Positions 36,335 through 45,530 of a stretch of DNA of 64,000 bases are shown here, piece by piece. A program made the translations under genes and the position numbers. The DNA is taken from the IMG/VR virus record IMGVR_UViG_3300023179_004209, positions 231,832 to 295,831 of that record. The stretch is one strand, 5' to 3'. Position 1 is the stretch's first letter. Each line of letters opens with the position of its first letter. A model generated the notes under the pieces. The model ran no database searches and had not been told where the DNA came from. It was given only the letters and a program-made list of their open reading frames with translations. This DNA comes from a virus. Its lineage: Duplodnaviria; Heunggongvirae; Uroviricota; Caudoviricetes.

Positions 36335-36378
36335 TATAATTAATTTGTTATGTTTGTATAATAATATATAATATTGTT

Positions 36379-36759
36379 ATGCATATACAATATCAGACCG
36401 TAACATTAGAAGGAATAAAGAAAACCGCAGATATAATGTATGGTATATACGAAATGGAGCATTCTGACAATGCTCCATTTAAGCGTTGGGTATGGACCGA
36501 TAGTGTATTTGGTGGGGTGTTACAAAAAATAGATACTATTGATTTTAGAATCAAGAGTCCTATTGACAATCTTTTAATAGTAAATGATAGTGTAAAGTTT
36601 TATCTTAAAAAGGATATACTCTGTAATTTGAGAATAGTAACTACTAACTATACAGAGTTAAAGATGAAATTGGATGAAAAATATAAAATAGATAATGACC
36701 CGAGAGATTTAGGAATTCTTATATTTGGTGTTAGCATTGGTTCATCTGAATTATTCTAA
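36379..36759 (+). CDS. hypothetical protein
   Basis: ORF. Confidence 0.5.
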   Translation: MHIQYQTVTLEGIKKTADIMYGIYEMEHSDNAPFKRWVWTDSVFGGVLQKIDTIDFRIKSPIDNLLIVNDSVKFYLKKDILCNLRIVTTNYTELKMKLDEKYKIDNDPRDLGILIFGVSIGSSELF

Positions 36760-36791
36760 TTTAATAATAAATCTATCATATTTATATCTAT

Positions 36792-37640
36792 ATGATTAAA
36801 TTGATAGATTTACTAAATGAAACGCCTATAGGTACATATACAACCATAGGTGACTTTGAAAAAGGTGCATCATATAAAGATCCAAGAGATAGAGCATCTG
36901 TTAGTCATCCAGTAACAGTACAAAAAGTCAAGGATATGTTGAAAAATACAATTGTTGACTTTGATTTTTACTTTGTTAACAAGCCTGGATTAAGACAATT
37001 TAGTGAAAAAGGTAAAGTACCATATGAATTCATTTTCAAACCAGTTCCAGAAGGTTTAGGATTGACACACGAAGAATTGGGTGATAGAAGTATAAACAGT
37101 GATAATATCACTGTATTCTTTGTAAGTAATACCGCTGCGGATAAAATTCCAATGACTGCGTGGACTATTGTTCATAGAGTTGGTCACGCAATGAATAGAA
37201 CACCACAGTTTCAAGAATATACAAACTGGTTGGATAAACAATTTGATGAATTACTTGCTTTGTATGGTAAACAAAAAGTAAATACCAGATATAGTTTTGG
37301 TGATAATGATTATAAAAGATCAAGAGTTTATGATTTAGCTAAGGGTAGATTATTCAATCATATAGGTACAATGCGTAGTGCTAGAGAAGGTAGAATACAT
37401 CTTAGACCATATGAATTTTACTATGAATTGTTTGTACAATATTTGAAAGACGGTGAAATTAAATTCAATCCATTGACCAAAAACATTTTGGTTGGTTATG
37501 GACCATATGGTAGTAAAAGTATTGCTTATACACAAAATTTAGCTGACGCACAAGAACATTTAAATATGATTGCAAATACAATACCATATTATGTTGAAGA
37601 TGTATTGAGAGCGAATGCTGGTGATATATTTGTAATGTAA
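36792..37640 (+). CDS. protein with N-terminal decapeptide MIKLIDLLNE (propeptide candidate 1)
   Basis: ORF; shares only the first 10 aa with the next three genes. Confidence 0.6.
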   Translation: MIKLIDLLNETPIGTYTTIGDFEKGASYKDPRDRASVSHPVTVQKVKDMLKNTIVDFDFYFVNKPGLRQFSEKGKVPYEFIFKPVPEGLGLTHEELGDRSINSDNITVFFVSNTAADKIPMTAWTIVHRVGHAMNRTPQFQEYTNWLDKQFDELLALYGKQKVNTRYSFGDNDYKRSRVYDLAKGRLFNHIGTMRSAREGRIHLRPYEFYYELFVQYLKDGEIKFNPLTKNILVGYGPYGSKSIAYTQNLADAQEHLNMIANTIPYYVEDVLRANAGDIFVM

Positions 37641-37641
37641 T

Positions 37642-37983
37642 ATGATTAAATTGATTGACATATTATTTGAAAATAAGGGTAACTATGTTTATCATTTGAC
37701 TAAGTTATCTAATTTAGACAGTATTAAAAAACACGGATTAAGACCTGCTATACCTGTCGATATGGATACTGAAGAAGAAGGTGTTTATTTATTTAAAACT
37801 GAAGAAGATGCGGAAGATGCATTACAAAATTGGTATGGTGATAGATACGATGATACAGAAGAGTTTGCAATATTGACCATAAAGACAGATGGTTTGAGAT
37901 TATTTTCAACATTAGCAGACTATGAATATGTTTCTTATGAAACAATACCGTCGTCAAATATAGTTAATATGGAAAAAATATGA
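37642..37983 (+). CDS. protein with N-terminal MIKLIDILFE (propeptide candidate 2)
   Basis: ORF. Confidence 0.6.
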   Translation: MIKLIDILFENKGNYVYHLTKLSNLDSIKKHGLRPAIPVDMDTEEEGVYLFKTEEDAEDALQNWYGDRYDDTEEFAILTIKTDGLRLFSTLADYEYVSYETIPSSNIVNMEKI

Positions 37984-38519
37984 TTAAACTCAAAGACATA
38001 TTGAAAGAGACAATCAATGATAGTATTGATTATGGATATCATTATACCAGCAAGAAAAATTATGAAAAGATAAAGACTGAAGGGTTGAAAATAAATCAGT
38101 CTATGCATATGACACTCAGAAATAATGAATGGATGTTAGATGCTTATGGTAAGATTCCTATATTTTTGGGTACAAAACCTCTTACACAATATGGTCCAAG
38201 AATACCAGTAGGTAGTGAATATGATTGGGTTTTATTAAAAGTAGATGTAAATGGTCTTGATATTTCTGCGGATATTGGTACAATGATTGACTTTGGTGCA
38301 TATATTGAAAAGGATGGTTTTTGGTTCAAACAAAAACCTTTTTGGTTAAATGATACTGAATTTAATTATGATGATTTGCAAGGCAGTGATAAATTGGATT
38401 TATATAAAGTAATAAGACAAACAAAATCGTTTGTAGTATTAGAAGATATAAGTTTGGATAGAATAAAACAGATAGATTATAAAGGAAAACTTTCAATCAA
38501 AAACTTTTTTAATATATAA
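37980..38519 (+). CDS. protein with N-terminal MIKLKDILKE (propeptide candidate 3)
   Basis: ORF. Confidence 0.6.
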   Translation: MIKLKDILKETINDSIDYGYHYTSKKNYEKIKTEGLKINQSMHMTLRNNEWMLDAYGKIPIFLGTKPLTQYGPRIPVGSEYDWVLLKVDVNGLDISADIGTMIDFGAYIEKDGFWFKQKPFWLNDTEFNYDDLQGSDKLDLYKVIRQTKSFVVLEDISLDRIKQIDYKGKLSIKNFFNI

Positions 38520-39019
38520 TGATTAAATTATCTCAATTAATAAATGAATTAAAATTGACAAATGATATGCGTATTCATATGTCAAAGAATCCATTTGAAT
38601 TGGAACAAAGAACATTCAAACAAAACATTGGAATGAAACCATTTGGATTTTGGTATGGTTTTGGTAGTGAATGGATTGACTGGACACGAAGTGAAGTGCC
38701 GGATTGGGTTGGTAAATACATTTATAGTGTTGATATTGGAAATTCCAATGTATTACAGATAAATACCCATATGGAATTGATGCAATTTAACCGTGAATAT
38801 CAATCCAATATAAGTGGTATTGGACATAGAAGACTAGAAGGTGAAGTAATTGACTGGAAAAAAGTTGCTGATAAGTATGATGGTATAGAAATCAATCCAT
38901 ATCAATTTGAAGCTAGATATCAATATTTATGGTATTATGGTTGGGATATTGCAAGTGGGTGTATATGGAATTTAAAGAATGTTAAACTAAAGTTGTTAAC
39001 TGATAAAGGAATAGAATGA
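38519..39019 (+). CDS. protein with N-terminal MIKLSQLINE (propeptide candidate 4)
   Basis: ORF. Confidence 0.6.
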   Translation: MIKLSQLINELKLTNDMRIHMSKNPFELEQRTFKQNIGMKPFGFWYGFGSEWIDWTRSEVPDWVGKYIYSVDIGNSNVLQINTHMELMQFNREYQSNISGIGHRRLEGEVIDWKKVADKYDGIEINPYQFEARYQYLWYYGWDIASGCIWNLKNVKLKLLTDKGIE

Positions 39020-39537
39020 ACTTGATTACAGAAAATAGACACAGTGAATTTGGTTGTTTAATGGCTATAGTTGAACCAACCAGAGGACCACACATCATTA
39101 AATTTGGTAAAACAATAGTACCACCACAAATTCTTTATACTGATCCAAATGATAGTAGCTATGGTTATGATGATGAACCACACATTACAGCTAAGTATGG
39201 TTATTCTCCTGACTTAACAAGAGCTAATTTAGCCACCATTCTACAAGGTATCAAACCATTTATTGTTAAACTTACTGGTTTAACCCAATTTCAAAATGAA
39301 AAGTATGATGTAGTCAAGTTTGATGTAGAAAAGAATGAGATATTATCTGAAATAAGACGAAGATGCGATTGTTATAAGAATGAGGATAAATACCCAGATT
39401 ACAAACCACATATGACATTGGCTTATGTACAAAAAGGTAAGTTTCCTCATATTAAAGAAGGATTAAACATATCTGTACCAGTCACCAGATTCAAATATAG
39501 TGGTCAAGACGGTAAAAAATTATACATCAATTTGTAA
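39016..39537 (+). CDS. 2H phosphoesterase superfamily protein (LigT / cyclic phosphodiesterase-like)
   Basis: two H-x-T-x motifs (EPHITAKY and KPHMTLAY) about 85 aa apart. Confidence 0.6.
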   Translation: MNLITENRHSEFGCLMAIVEPTRGPHIIKFGKTIVPPQILYTDPNDSSYGYDDEPHITAKYGYSPDLTRANLATILQGIKPFIVKLTGLTQFQNEKYDVVKFDVEKNEILSEIRRRCDCYKNEDKYPDYKPHMTLAYVQKGKFPHIKEGLNISVPVTRFKYSGQDGKKLYINL

Positions 39538-39586
39538 TATATAAAAAGTGCTCGTTTTAATTATAAAAAGTATATTTATAATTACT

Positions 39587-40543
39587 ATGAGCAAGTTTCT
39601 ATCACTAATTGTATTTTCGTTGTTTTTGATTGGTTGTACGACAACAATTAAGCCAGGACAACAAGTGAGCACTGCGCAAGATGCGGTTGCCAAACAAGAA
39701 AAGAAAATTGATCAAACATATGATGATTTGGTCAAGAATGACAAGCATAAAAGAGTACAAACATCTGTATTAGCTCAAGGTATTCAATATTCGTTACAAC
39801 AAGTAACCAATGCACCAATTCAAGTAGAAACTGCTAAGAATCTTAATGAAAGAGTTATCAGTATAGTTGGTTCACCACATTTAGACGAAATCAAAAGAAT
39901 CAAAGCTACAATCGACTTATTAAATTCATCATTGGCCGAAGAAAGAAAGAAGGGTGAAGAATTGTTGGGTCAAAGAGATGTTATCATTGATAAGTTACAG
40001 AAGGAAAAGAATGAATTAAAAGACAAATATGATGACCAACTTTGGCAAATGACTGATAAAGCCAAAGAAGTTGCAAAAGAATCTGATGCAAAACAAGCTA
40101 CTATTGATAGTATGAGTGGTATGTTTGGTCTTAATGCAGTTTTCTGGGGTCTTAAAAAGTTTTTCTTTAGTTGTTTAACCGCAATCATTATATTTGTTGT
40201 AGTATTTGCTTTATTAAGAATACTAGCAAGTGTACATCCAGCAGCTGGTGCAGCATTTAGTATATTCAACATGCTTGGTTCTGGAATCTTGAGTTTGGTT
40301 AAAGGATTAACACCAAAAGCATTTGAATTGGCTAATTTTGCATCAAAAGATAAGGTTGATGAATATAAGTCACCACTTACTAAGATAGTTGATGTAATTC
40401 AAGAACTCAAGGAAAAACAAAAAGAATCTCCTGAAAGAGTATATCCATTGACCGAAGTATTAAAGAGATTTGACAAAGAAATGGATAGCACTGAAAAAGA
40501 CTTGATTGATGATATTCTAAAAGAACAAAAATGGATTAAATAA
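39587..40543 (+). CDS. lipoprotein / membrane protein with coiled-coil region
   Basis: MSKFLSLIVFSLFLIGC lipobox; internal TM segments. Confidence 0.55.
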   Translation: MSKFLSLIVFSLFLIGCTTTIKPGQQVSTAQDAVAKQEKKIDQTYDDLVKNDKHKRVQTSVLAQGIQYSLQQVTNAPIQVETAKNLNERVISIVGSPHLDEIKRIKATIDLLNSSLAEERKKGEELLGQRDVIIDKLQKEKNELKDKYDDQLWQMTDKAKEVAKESDAKQATIDSMSGMFGLNAVFWGLKKFFFSCLTAIIIFVVVFALLRILASVHPAAGAAFSIFNMLGSGILSLVKGLTPKAFELANFASKDKVDEYKSPLTKIVDVIQELKEKQKESPERVYPLTEVLKRFDKEMDSTEKDLIDDILKEQKWIK

Positions 40544-40546
40544 TTT

Positions 40547-40927
40547 ATGGACACTAATACTATACACACTATTTCGCAACAAGTTTTGGAAAACACTGCT
40601 CAAGATATGACAGGCAAATATGTCTGGATGTTCTTGGCTGGTTTAGTTGTATTGATGTTTAAATCAAGCATTGAAAAGTTAGCCGCAGCATTATTTATGT
40701 TTATTGGTTCTGACTATAAAGAAGATGATGTTGTATATGTTGACGGCAAGCCTGGCAGAATTGTTCGTGTAGGACTAACTAAAACAGTTTTCTTTATTTA
40801 TGATGTCGTAGACGGCAAAGTTGTTAGCGGTAATAAATTGGTAGTTCAAAACGAAAGACTCGCAGGTCTTAATATTGAAAAACCTTTACCTAACTTGGAC
40901 CTTAGTAGGTTCAAGAAAAATGACTAA
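40547..40927 (+). CDS. membrane protein (1 TM)
   Basis: YVWMFLAGLVVLMF hydrophobic helix. Confidence 0.5.
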   Translation: MDTNTIHTISQQVLENTAQDMTGKYVWMFLAGLVVLMFKSSIEKLAAALFMFIGSDYKEDDVVYVDGKPGRIVRVGLTKTVFFIYDVVDGKVVSGNKLVVQNERLAGLNIEKPLPNLDLSRFKKND

Positions 40928-40929
40928 CA

Positions 40930-41571
40930 ATGTTAAAATCATTATTATCACTACTATTAACTACAACAATATTTGCAGCGGAATTTGAATCGGTAAATTA
41001 TTATACAAAGAATTACCTATTTGACGCTCAAATATATTCTGTCAATACTTTCGTATCCGAAAACACACTTAGCCATCAACTAGGTGATTTTACGCCGCAT
41101 CTTGACTATGTACAATACCAAGGTTTGGATAAATATAAAGAAAGTGACTTTGGATTTGGTAGTGAATATAAACTAACAGATAAACTAAATTTGGATGTAG
41201 GTAGTTGGTATTACTATTATTACAGTGCAGGTGACCATTATTTTGAACCATACGCATCATTAACTTATGATTGGATAGTATCACCAACATTATATTTTAG
41301 TATGATAACATACAATAATACACCTAGAGCAACAATAAGCTTTGATTATAACAAAGATTTTAATGAAAAGCTGCATTTGAATGTAAGACCAGTGATTGGT
41401 ACTGCAGACTATGATGTAAGATATGGTTATTATGGTATAGTATTTGGTTTGGATTACAATGTAAATAAGAATTTTACATTGTTTACTGTTACAGAAGTTG
41501 ATAAACCTTTTAGTTCACCTGACGATAGTATCGTATACACTTATTCATTTGGAATCAAATTATCCCTATGA
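40930..41571 (+). CDS. secreted Tyr-rich beta-rich protein (possible outer-membrane protein)
   Basis: signal peptide MLKSLLSLLLTTTIFAA; alternating aromatic pattern. Confidence 0.5.
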   Translation: MLKSLLSLLLTTTIFAAEFESVNYYTKNYLFDAQIYSVNTFVSENTLSHQLGDFTPHLDYVQYQGLDKYKESDFGFGSEYKLTDKLNLDVGSWYYYYYSAGDHYFEPYASLTYDWIVSPTLYFSMITYNNTPRATISFDYNKDFNEKLHLNVRPVIGTADYDVRYGYYGIVFGLDYNVNKNFTLFTVTEVDKPFSSPDDSIVYTYSFGIKLSL

Positions 41572-43007
41572 AATTTCTTAAATTCAATTTGAGATTCGCA
41601 TTATCTACCAGCACACTATTCATTTTAGTGTTGGTAAGTATGGTATATTTCTTTTTGTTAATATTTGCAATTGAAGATATTGCAAAGAATAGTTTGAAAA
41701 GAAGTTTAAATACCTCGGTGAATATTTGTAGCAGTATTCTTGACCCAAATGAAATTGAAAAGTTAACTGAATATGAACAAGAAAAAAGCGAAGTATTTAT
41801 CAATTACAGAAAGTCTATCAAAGAAATAAAGAAAGAAGTAGAAGATATTAAATTTGTTTATATTGTAAGACAAACGGGTACAAATATCACTTATATAATA
41901 GATTGTGGTGATGATGTATCCGAACAAGCTAAATTGGGTGAAATATATGATGATGCGGGTGATGGATTGAAAGAATTATTTAACAATCCAGTTGAAGGTG
42001 TAACATTTGAGAAAGAATATTATACAGACAAGTGGGGTACATTTTTATCCGCATATAAACCAATATTTAAAAACGGTAAAATCATATATGCAGTTTGCAG
42101 TGATATCAAGTCAGTTGATGTTGAAAAGTATATATCAAATTATAAAAAGAAGTTTACTTGTGCATTTTTTACATTGTTAATTGTTATATTTCCAATCATA
42201 TGTTGGATAACAAATATGATTAGAAGACCACTTAATAAGTTAAGAGATGAAATTCTCAAGTTAAAAGATTTGGATGTAGATGAACATATTGATTTTAAGA
42301 GTAGTATCAGTGAAGTAAATGATATGATTGACGCAACTGATAAGGTAAAAACTGGTTTAAGATCATTTTCAAAGTATGTACCTGACAAGGTTGTAAAACA
42401 ATTGATAAGTCAAGGTAAGGATGCAAAAATTGGTGGGGAAAAAGAATATGTAACAATACTATTTAGTGACATTGAAGGATTTACAAGTATATCTGAAAAC
42501 AATGATACTCAAGAAGTTGTAACTGCATTAAATGAATATTTTGATATCTATGTACATTGTTTGGAAGAAAGTGGTGCAACTGTTGATAAATTCATTGGTG
42601 ACGCTGTAATGTCATTTTGGAATGCACCAAGTAAAGTTGAAAACCATGAATTTATTGCGGTCAAAACTGCAATGGAAATTGTCAAAGAAATTAATAAATT
42701 GAATCAAAAATGGAAAACTGAAGGTAAGAAATTTACATTCAAAACCAGAATAGGTATCAATTCTGGTGAAGTTATTGTCGGTAATATTGGTTCGACAAAC
42801 CGTATCAATTATACTGTTACTGGTGATCCTGTTAATTTGGCATCAAGATTAGAAGCGTCAAATAAACAATACAATACAACAATTTTAGTAAGTGAATCTG
42901 TTTATAATAAAACAAAAGAGTCAATTGATTATAATTATATTGACACAGTGAAGGTAAAAGGAAAAGAAATATATGTAAAAGTATATCAACCCGTTAAACT
43001 CAAGTAA
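41568..43007 (+). CDS. transmembrane sensor class III adenylyl/guanylyl cyclase
   Basis: TM1, about 150-aa extracytoplasmic domain, TM2, linker, then CHD. CHD motifs FSDIEGFTSISE, KFIGDAVMSFWNAP, RIGINSGEVIVGNIGS, TVTGDPVNLASRLE. Confidence 0.75.
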   Translation: MKFLKFNLRFALSTSTLFILVLVSMVYFFLLIFAIEDIAKNSLKRSLNTSVNICSSILDPNEIEKLTEYEQEKSEVFINYRKSIKEIKKEVEDIKFVYIVRQTGTNITYIIDCGDDVSEQAKLGEIYDDAGDGLKELFNNPVEGVTFEKEYYTDKWGTFLSAYKPIFKNGKIIYAVCSDIKSVDVEKYISNYKKKFTCAFFTLLIVIFPIICWITNMIRRPLNKLRDEILKLKDLDVDEHIDFKSSISEVNDMIDATDKVKTGLRSFSKYVPDKVVKQLISQGKDAKIGGEKEYVTILFSDIEGFTSISENNDTQEVVTALNEYFDIYVHCLEESGATVDKFIGDAVMSFWNAPSKVENHEFIAVKTAMEIVKEINKLNQKWKTEGKKFTFKTRIGINSGEVIVGNIGSTNRINYTVTGDPVNLASRLEASNKQYNTTILVSESVYNKTKESIDYNYIDTVKVKGKEIYVKVYQPVKLK

Positions 43008-43013
43008 CAAATT

Positions 43014-43790
43014 ATGAAATTCGCAACACCAAGAAGTATTAAAAATACATCATTACAACTATTCAACAAACACGATGAAAGATTATTAGTACTTTACGAT
43101 TACTTGATTAACATTTGTAATTATGGTGATGACAAATATCATAGACTAGAAACAAAATATCACGATTTGTATCATTTTTTAACGAGTACATCTGTATTTC
43201 TTGATGTATATGTTAGTATTGTCAATAAAAATATCATTAAATTAAATGAACAAGATTTCTTTTGCGGTGTTGTTGCTACAATGTATCATGATATAGGATT
43301 TTTAAAGTTAAAAGAAGATGAAAATGGAACGGGGGCACAATATATTAATACACATGTAGAAAGAGGATGTCACTTTATAGGTAATAATTTTGACGGTATA
43401 TTAACTGAAGAAGAAAAGAGTAGAATTTGTAATTTAATAATGGTAACGGATTATTTTAAAAAGGTAGAGAATTTAGAAATAGACCATGTTGGTGCTTGTG
43501 TTGCTTTGGGTGATTGGTTGAGTCAAATGGGTGATGAACAATATGTAGAAAAATTAAGTAAATTGTATCAAGAATTTGATGAATTTCAGAAATATCACAA
43601 TTTGAATATGTACAATGGATTGCAAGATTTGATAAGCAAAACACCAGGATTTTGGTATAAATTGGTTAAACCATTGCTTGATAGTAAATTTTATGCGTTA
43701 TATGAGTACACATCCAGTAACTATATTGTAATGATTGAAAATAATATCAACCGATTAGTTAAAGAATATAACTTAAATTATGTAATCTAA
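43014..43790 (+). CDS. HD-domain phosphohydrolase
   Basis: LYHFLTS..MYHDIGF HD motif; downstream His/Asp. Confidence 0.55.
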   Translation: MKFATPRSIKNTSLQLFNKHDERLLVLYDYLINICNYGDDKYHRLETKYHDLYHFLTSTSVFLDVYVSIVNKNIIKLNEQDFFCGVVATMYHDIGFLKLKEDENGTGAQYINTHVERGCHFIGNNFDGILTEEEKSRICNLIMVTDYFKKVENLEIDHVGACVALGDWLSQMGDEQYVEKLSKLYQEFDEFQKYHNLNMYNGLQDLISKTPGFWYKLVKPLLDSKFYALYEYTSSNYIVMIENNINRLVKEYNLNYVI

Positions 43791-44105
43791 GTTCTCATCA
43801 CATCTTTCAAACACACATTTAATATTTTCAGGCTTTCTTCTAAATCTACCCAATTTAGGGTGTTCACTACTATACACAGTCAATCGTTGACAAGATAGTG
43901 CATATCCTATCAAATCTCTGCTCAATCCATTTCTTTCGTGGGTTACTATCATATAGTTTTCATCTGGTACATCCAATTCAAATGTAGTTACTATTCTATA
44001 TGTCTTTTTAACGCTTTTGGGTTGTAACGGTTGATTTTCCATACTCAAATATATAATATTAAATTTAGTATAAAAACAATTATAAATCCTATTTATGTAT
44101 AACAA
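43773..44105 (-). CDS. hypothetical protein on minus strand
   Basis: ORF convergent with HD gene; start may be at internal MENQ. Confidence 0.45.
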   Translation of the reverse strand: MLYINRIYNCFYTKFNIIYLSMENQPLQPKSVKKTYRIVTTFELDVPDENYMIVTHERNGLSRDLIGYALSCQRLTVYSSEHPKLGRFRRKPENIKCVFERCDENLDYII

Positions 44106-44116
44106 AGGAATATTAT

Positions 44117-44347
44117 ATGAGACAAATCGGAGGAATTGTTAGTTTGAAACCAATCGGAGTTATGTCAAATAACCCAGGCATGAGTGCAGGTCAAATTGAA
44201 GCAAATCAACTTGCTGCAGAACAAAGACAAGCACAACAACAAGCCAGAGTTGACGCATTGGTTGATAAATTGGCACAACAACATCAAGCCAATCAAATGA
44301 AACCAATTGATCCAGGCGCAACAAAAAGATGGTCTGTAAAATATTAA
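44117..44347 (+). CDS. Gln/Ala-rich small protein
   Basis: ORF. Confidence 0.45.
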   Translation: MRQIGGIVSLKPIGVMSNNPGMSAGQIEANQLAAEQRQAQQQARVDALVDKLAQQHQANQMKPIDPGATKRWSVKY

Positions 44348-44369
44348 TTTATAAAATAGTAACTGTTAT

Positions 44370-44795
44370 ATGGGCAAAGTATCTTTAAGTAATAAAATTG
44401 CAGAAGAGCCACCACCAGTAAAAAAGAAAATAATGTTGCCTGTTCTTACTAAAAAAGAATGGATTACATTCATATCATATAGCATTTGTTTGCCAACTAT
44501 TGGTATTTTTATTGGTTATCTTTTATTCAAAGATATAAAAACAGACAATTCTCTTAATATATTACAAAACGAATTGAATGTAAAACTACAAACAACATCC
44601 AAACAATTAAACAAAATTGACGACGAAGATTTATATAAAGTTGTAATGGAAAAAAAAGGTAAGAAAATAGAAGAATTAAAAGAACAGTTAAACGATATAG
44701 AACAATTCAAGATTAAACAATCAAACGAAGTAGTACAATTCGTAAATAATAAAAAAGATGAATTAAAAAAGAAAGAAATCTTATATCACAGATAA
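44370..44795 (+). CDS. membrane-anchored coiled-coil protein
   Basis: TM CLPTIGIFIGYLLF. Confidence 0.5.
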   Translation: MGKVSLSNKIAEEPPPVKKKIMLPVLTKKEWITFISYSICLPTIGIFIGYLLFKDIKTDNSLNILQNELNVKLQTTSKQLNKIDDEDLYKVVMEKKGKKIEELKEQLNDIEQFKIKQSNEVVQFVNNKKDELKKKEILYHR

Positions 44796-44804
44796 TTATA
44801 GTAT

Positions 44805-45170
44805 ATGGACTTAATAACTAAATTCTTAACTCTACATAATCAATTGAAGGTTTACCATTGGCAAACTGACAGCTATGCACAACACCAAGCTTTCGGTGGT
44901 GCTTATGATGAATTCACAGGATTGATTGACCAATTCATTGAAGAATTCATGGGTAAATATTCAAGAATAATGAATAAAGAAGGATTCAAAGCAGTATCAT
45001 CTAACATCACTGATAAAGATCCAGAGAAATTCATTGAAGAATATATAACATTCCTCATTGTTGAATTGCCTAAAGGTCTAAGTGAAAAAGACACAAACTT
45101 ATTAAACATAAGAGATGAAATGTTGGGCGAATTACAAAAACTCAAATACCTACTCACACTAAATAAATAA
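44805..45170 (+). CDS. hypothetical protein
   Basis: ORF followed by terminator. Confidence 0.5.
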   Translation: MDLITKFLTLHNQLKVYHWQTDSYAQHQAFGGAYDEFTGLIDQFIEEFMGKYSRIMNKEGFKAVSSNITDKDPEKFIEEYITFLIVELPKGLSEKDTNLLNIRDEMLGELQKLKYLLTLNK

Positions 45171-45196
45171 CACTAGAATACAATAAAAAATTTCTA

Positions 45197-45232
45197 AGTC
45201 TGAGTAGGATAAAACTTACTCAGACTTTTTTA
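45197..45232 (+). terminator. Rho-independent terminator AGTCTGAGTA..TACTCAGACT + TTTTT
   Basis: 10-bp stem. Confidence 0.75.
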
Positions 45233-45266
45233 TTGACAAAATTAACCGTCAAACTATCATAACCAT

Positions 45267-45470
45267 ATGAAAATCAAAATGTTAAAAAATATTGATGTAG
45301 ACATTGACAAAACCAAACTCCAAGAAGTTTGGCCAAAATATCTCCACCGCAATGATGTTTTTAATGTTGACAAAATTGAAACCATCTGCGAAGATAAAGT
45401 CAATCTGGTACTAGACAACGGAGATGTCCTACTTGAAGTACCAAACAAGTCATTCACTCCAGTTTTTTAA
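45267..45470 (+). CDS. hypothetical small protein
   Basis: ORF. Confidence 0.45.
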   Translation: MKIKMLKNIDVDIDKTKLQEVWPKYLHRNDVFNVDKIETICEDKVNLVLDNGDVLLEVPNKSFTPVF

Positions 45471-45478
45471 AAAAAGTG

Positions 45479-45507
45479 TTGACTACGATCAGTTTCAATG
45501 GTAAATT
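45479..45507 (+). promoter_or_regulatory. promoter TTGACT-N17-TAAATT for tRNA-Arg
   Basis: immediately upstream of tRNA. Confidence 0.55.
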
Positions 45508-45530
45508 GATCATGTTCTTTAAATCATAAT

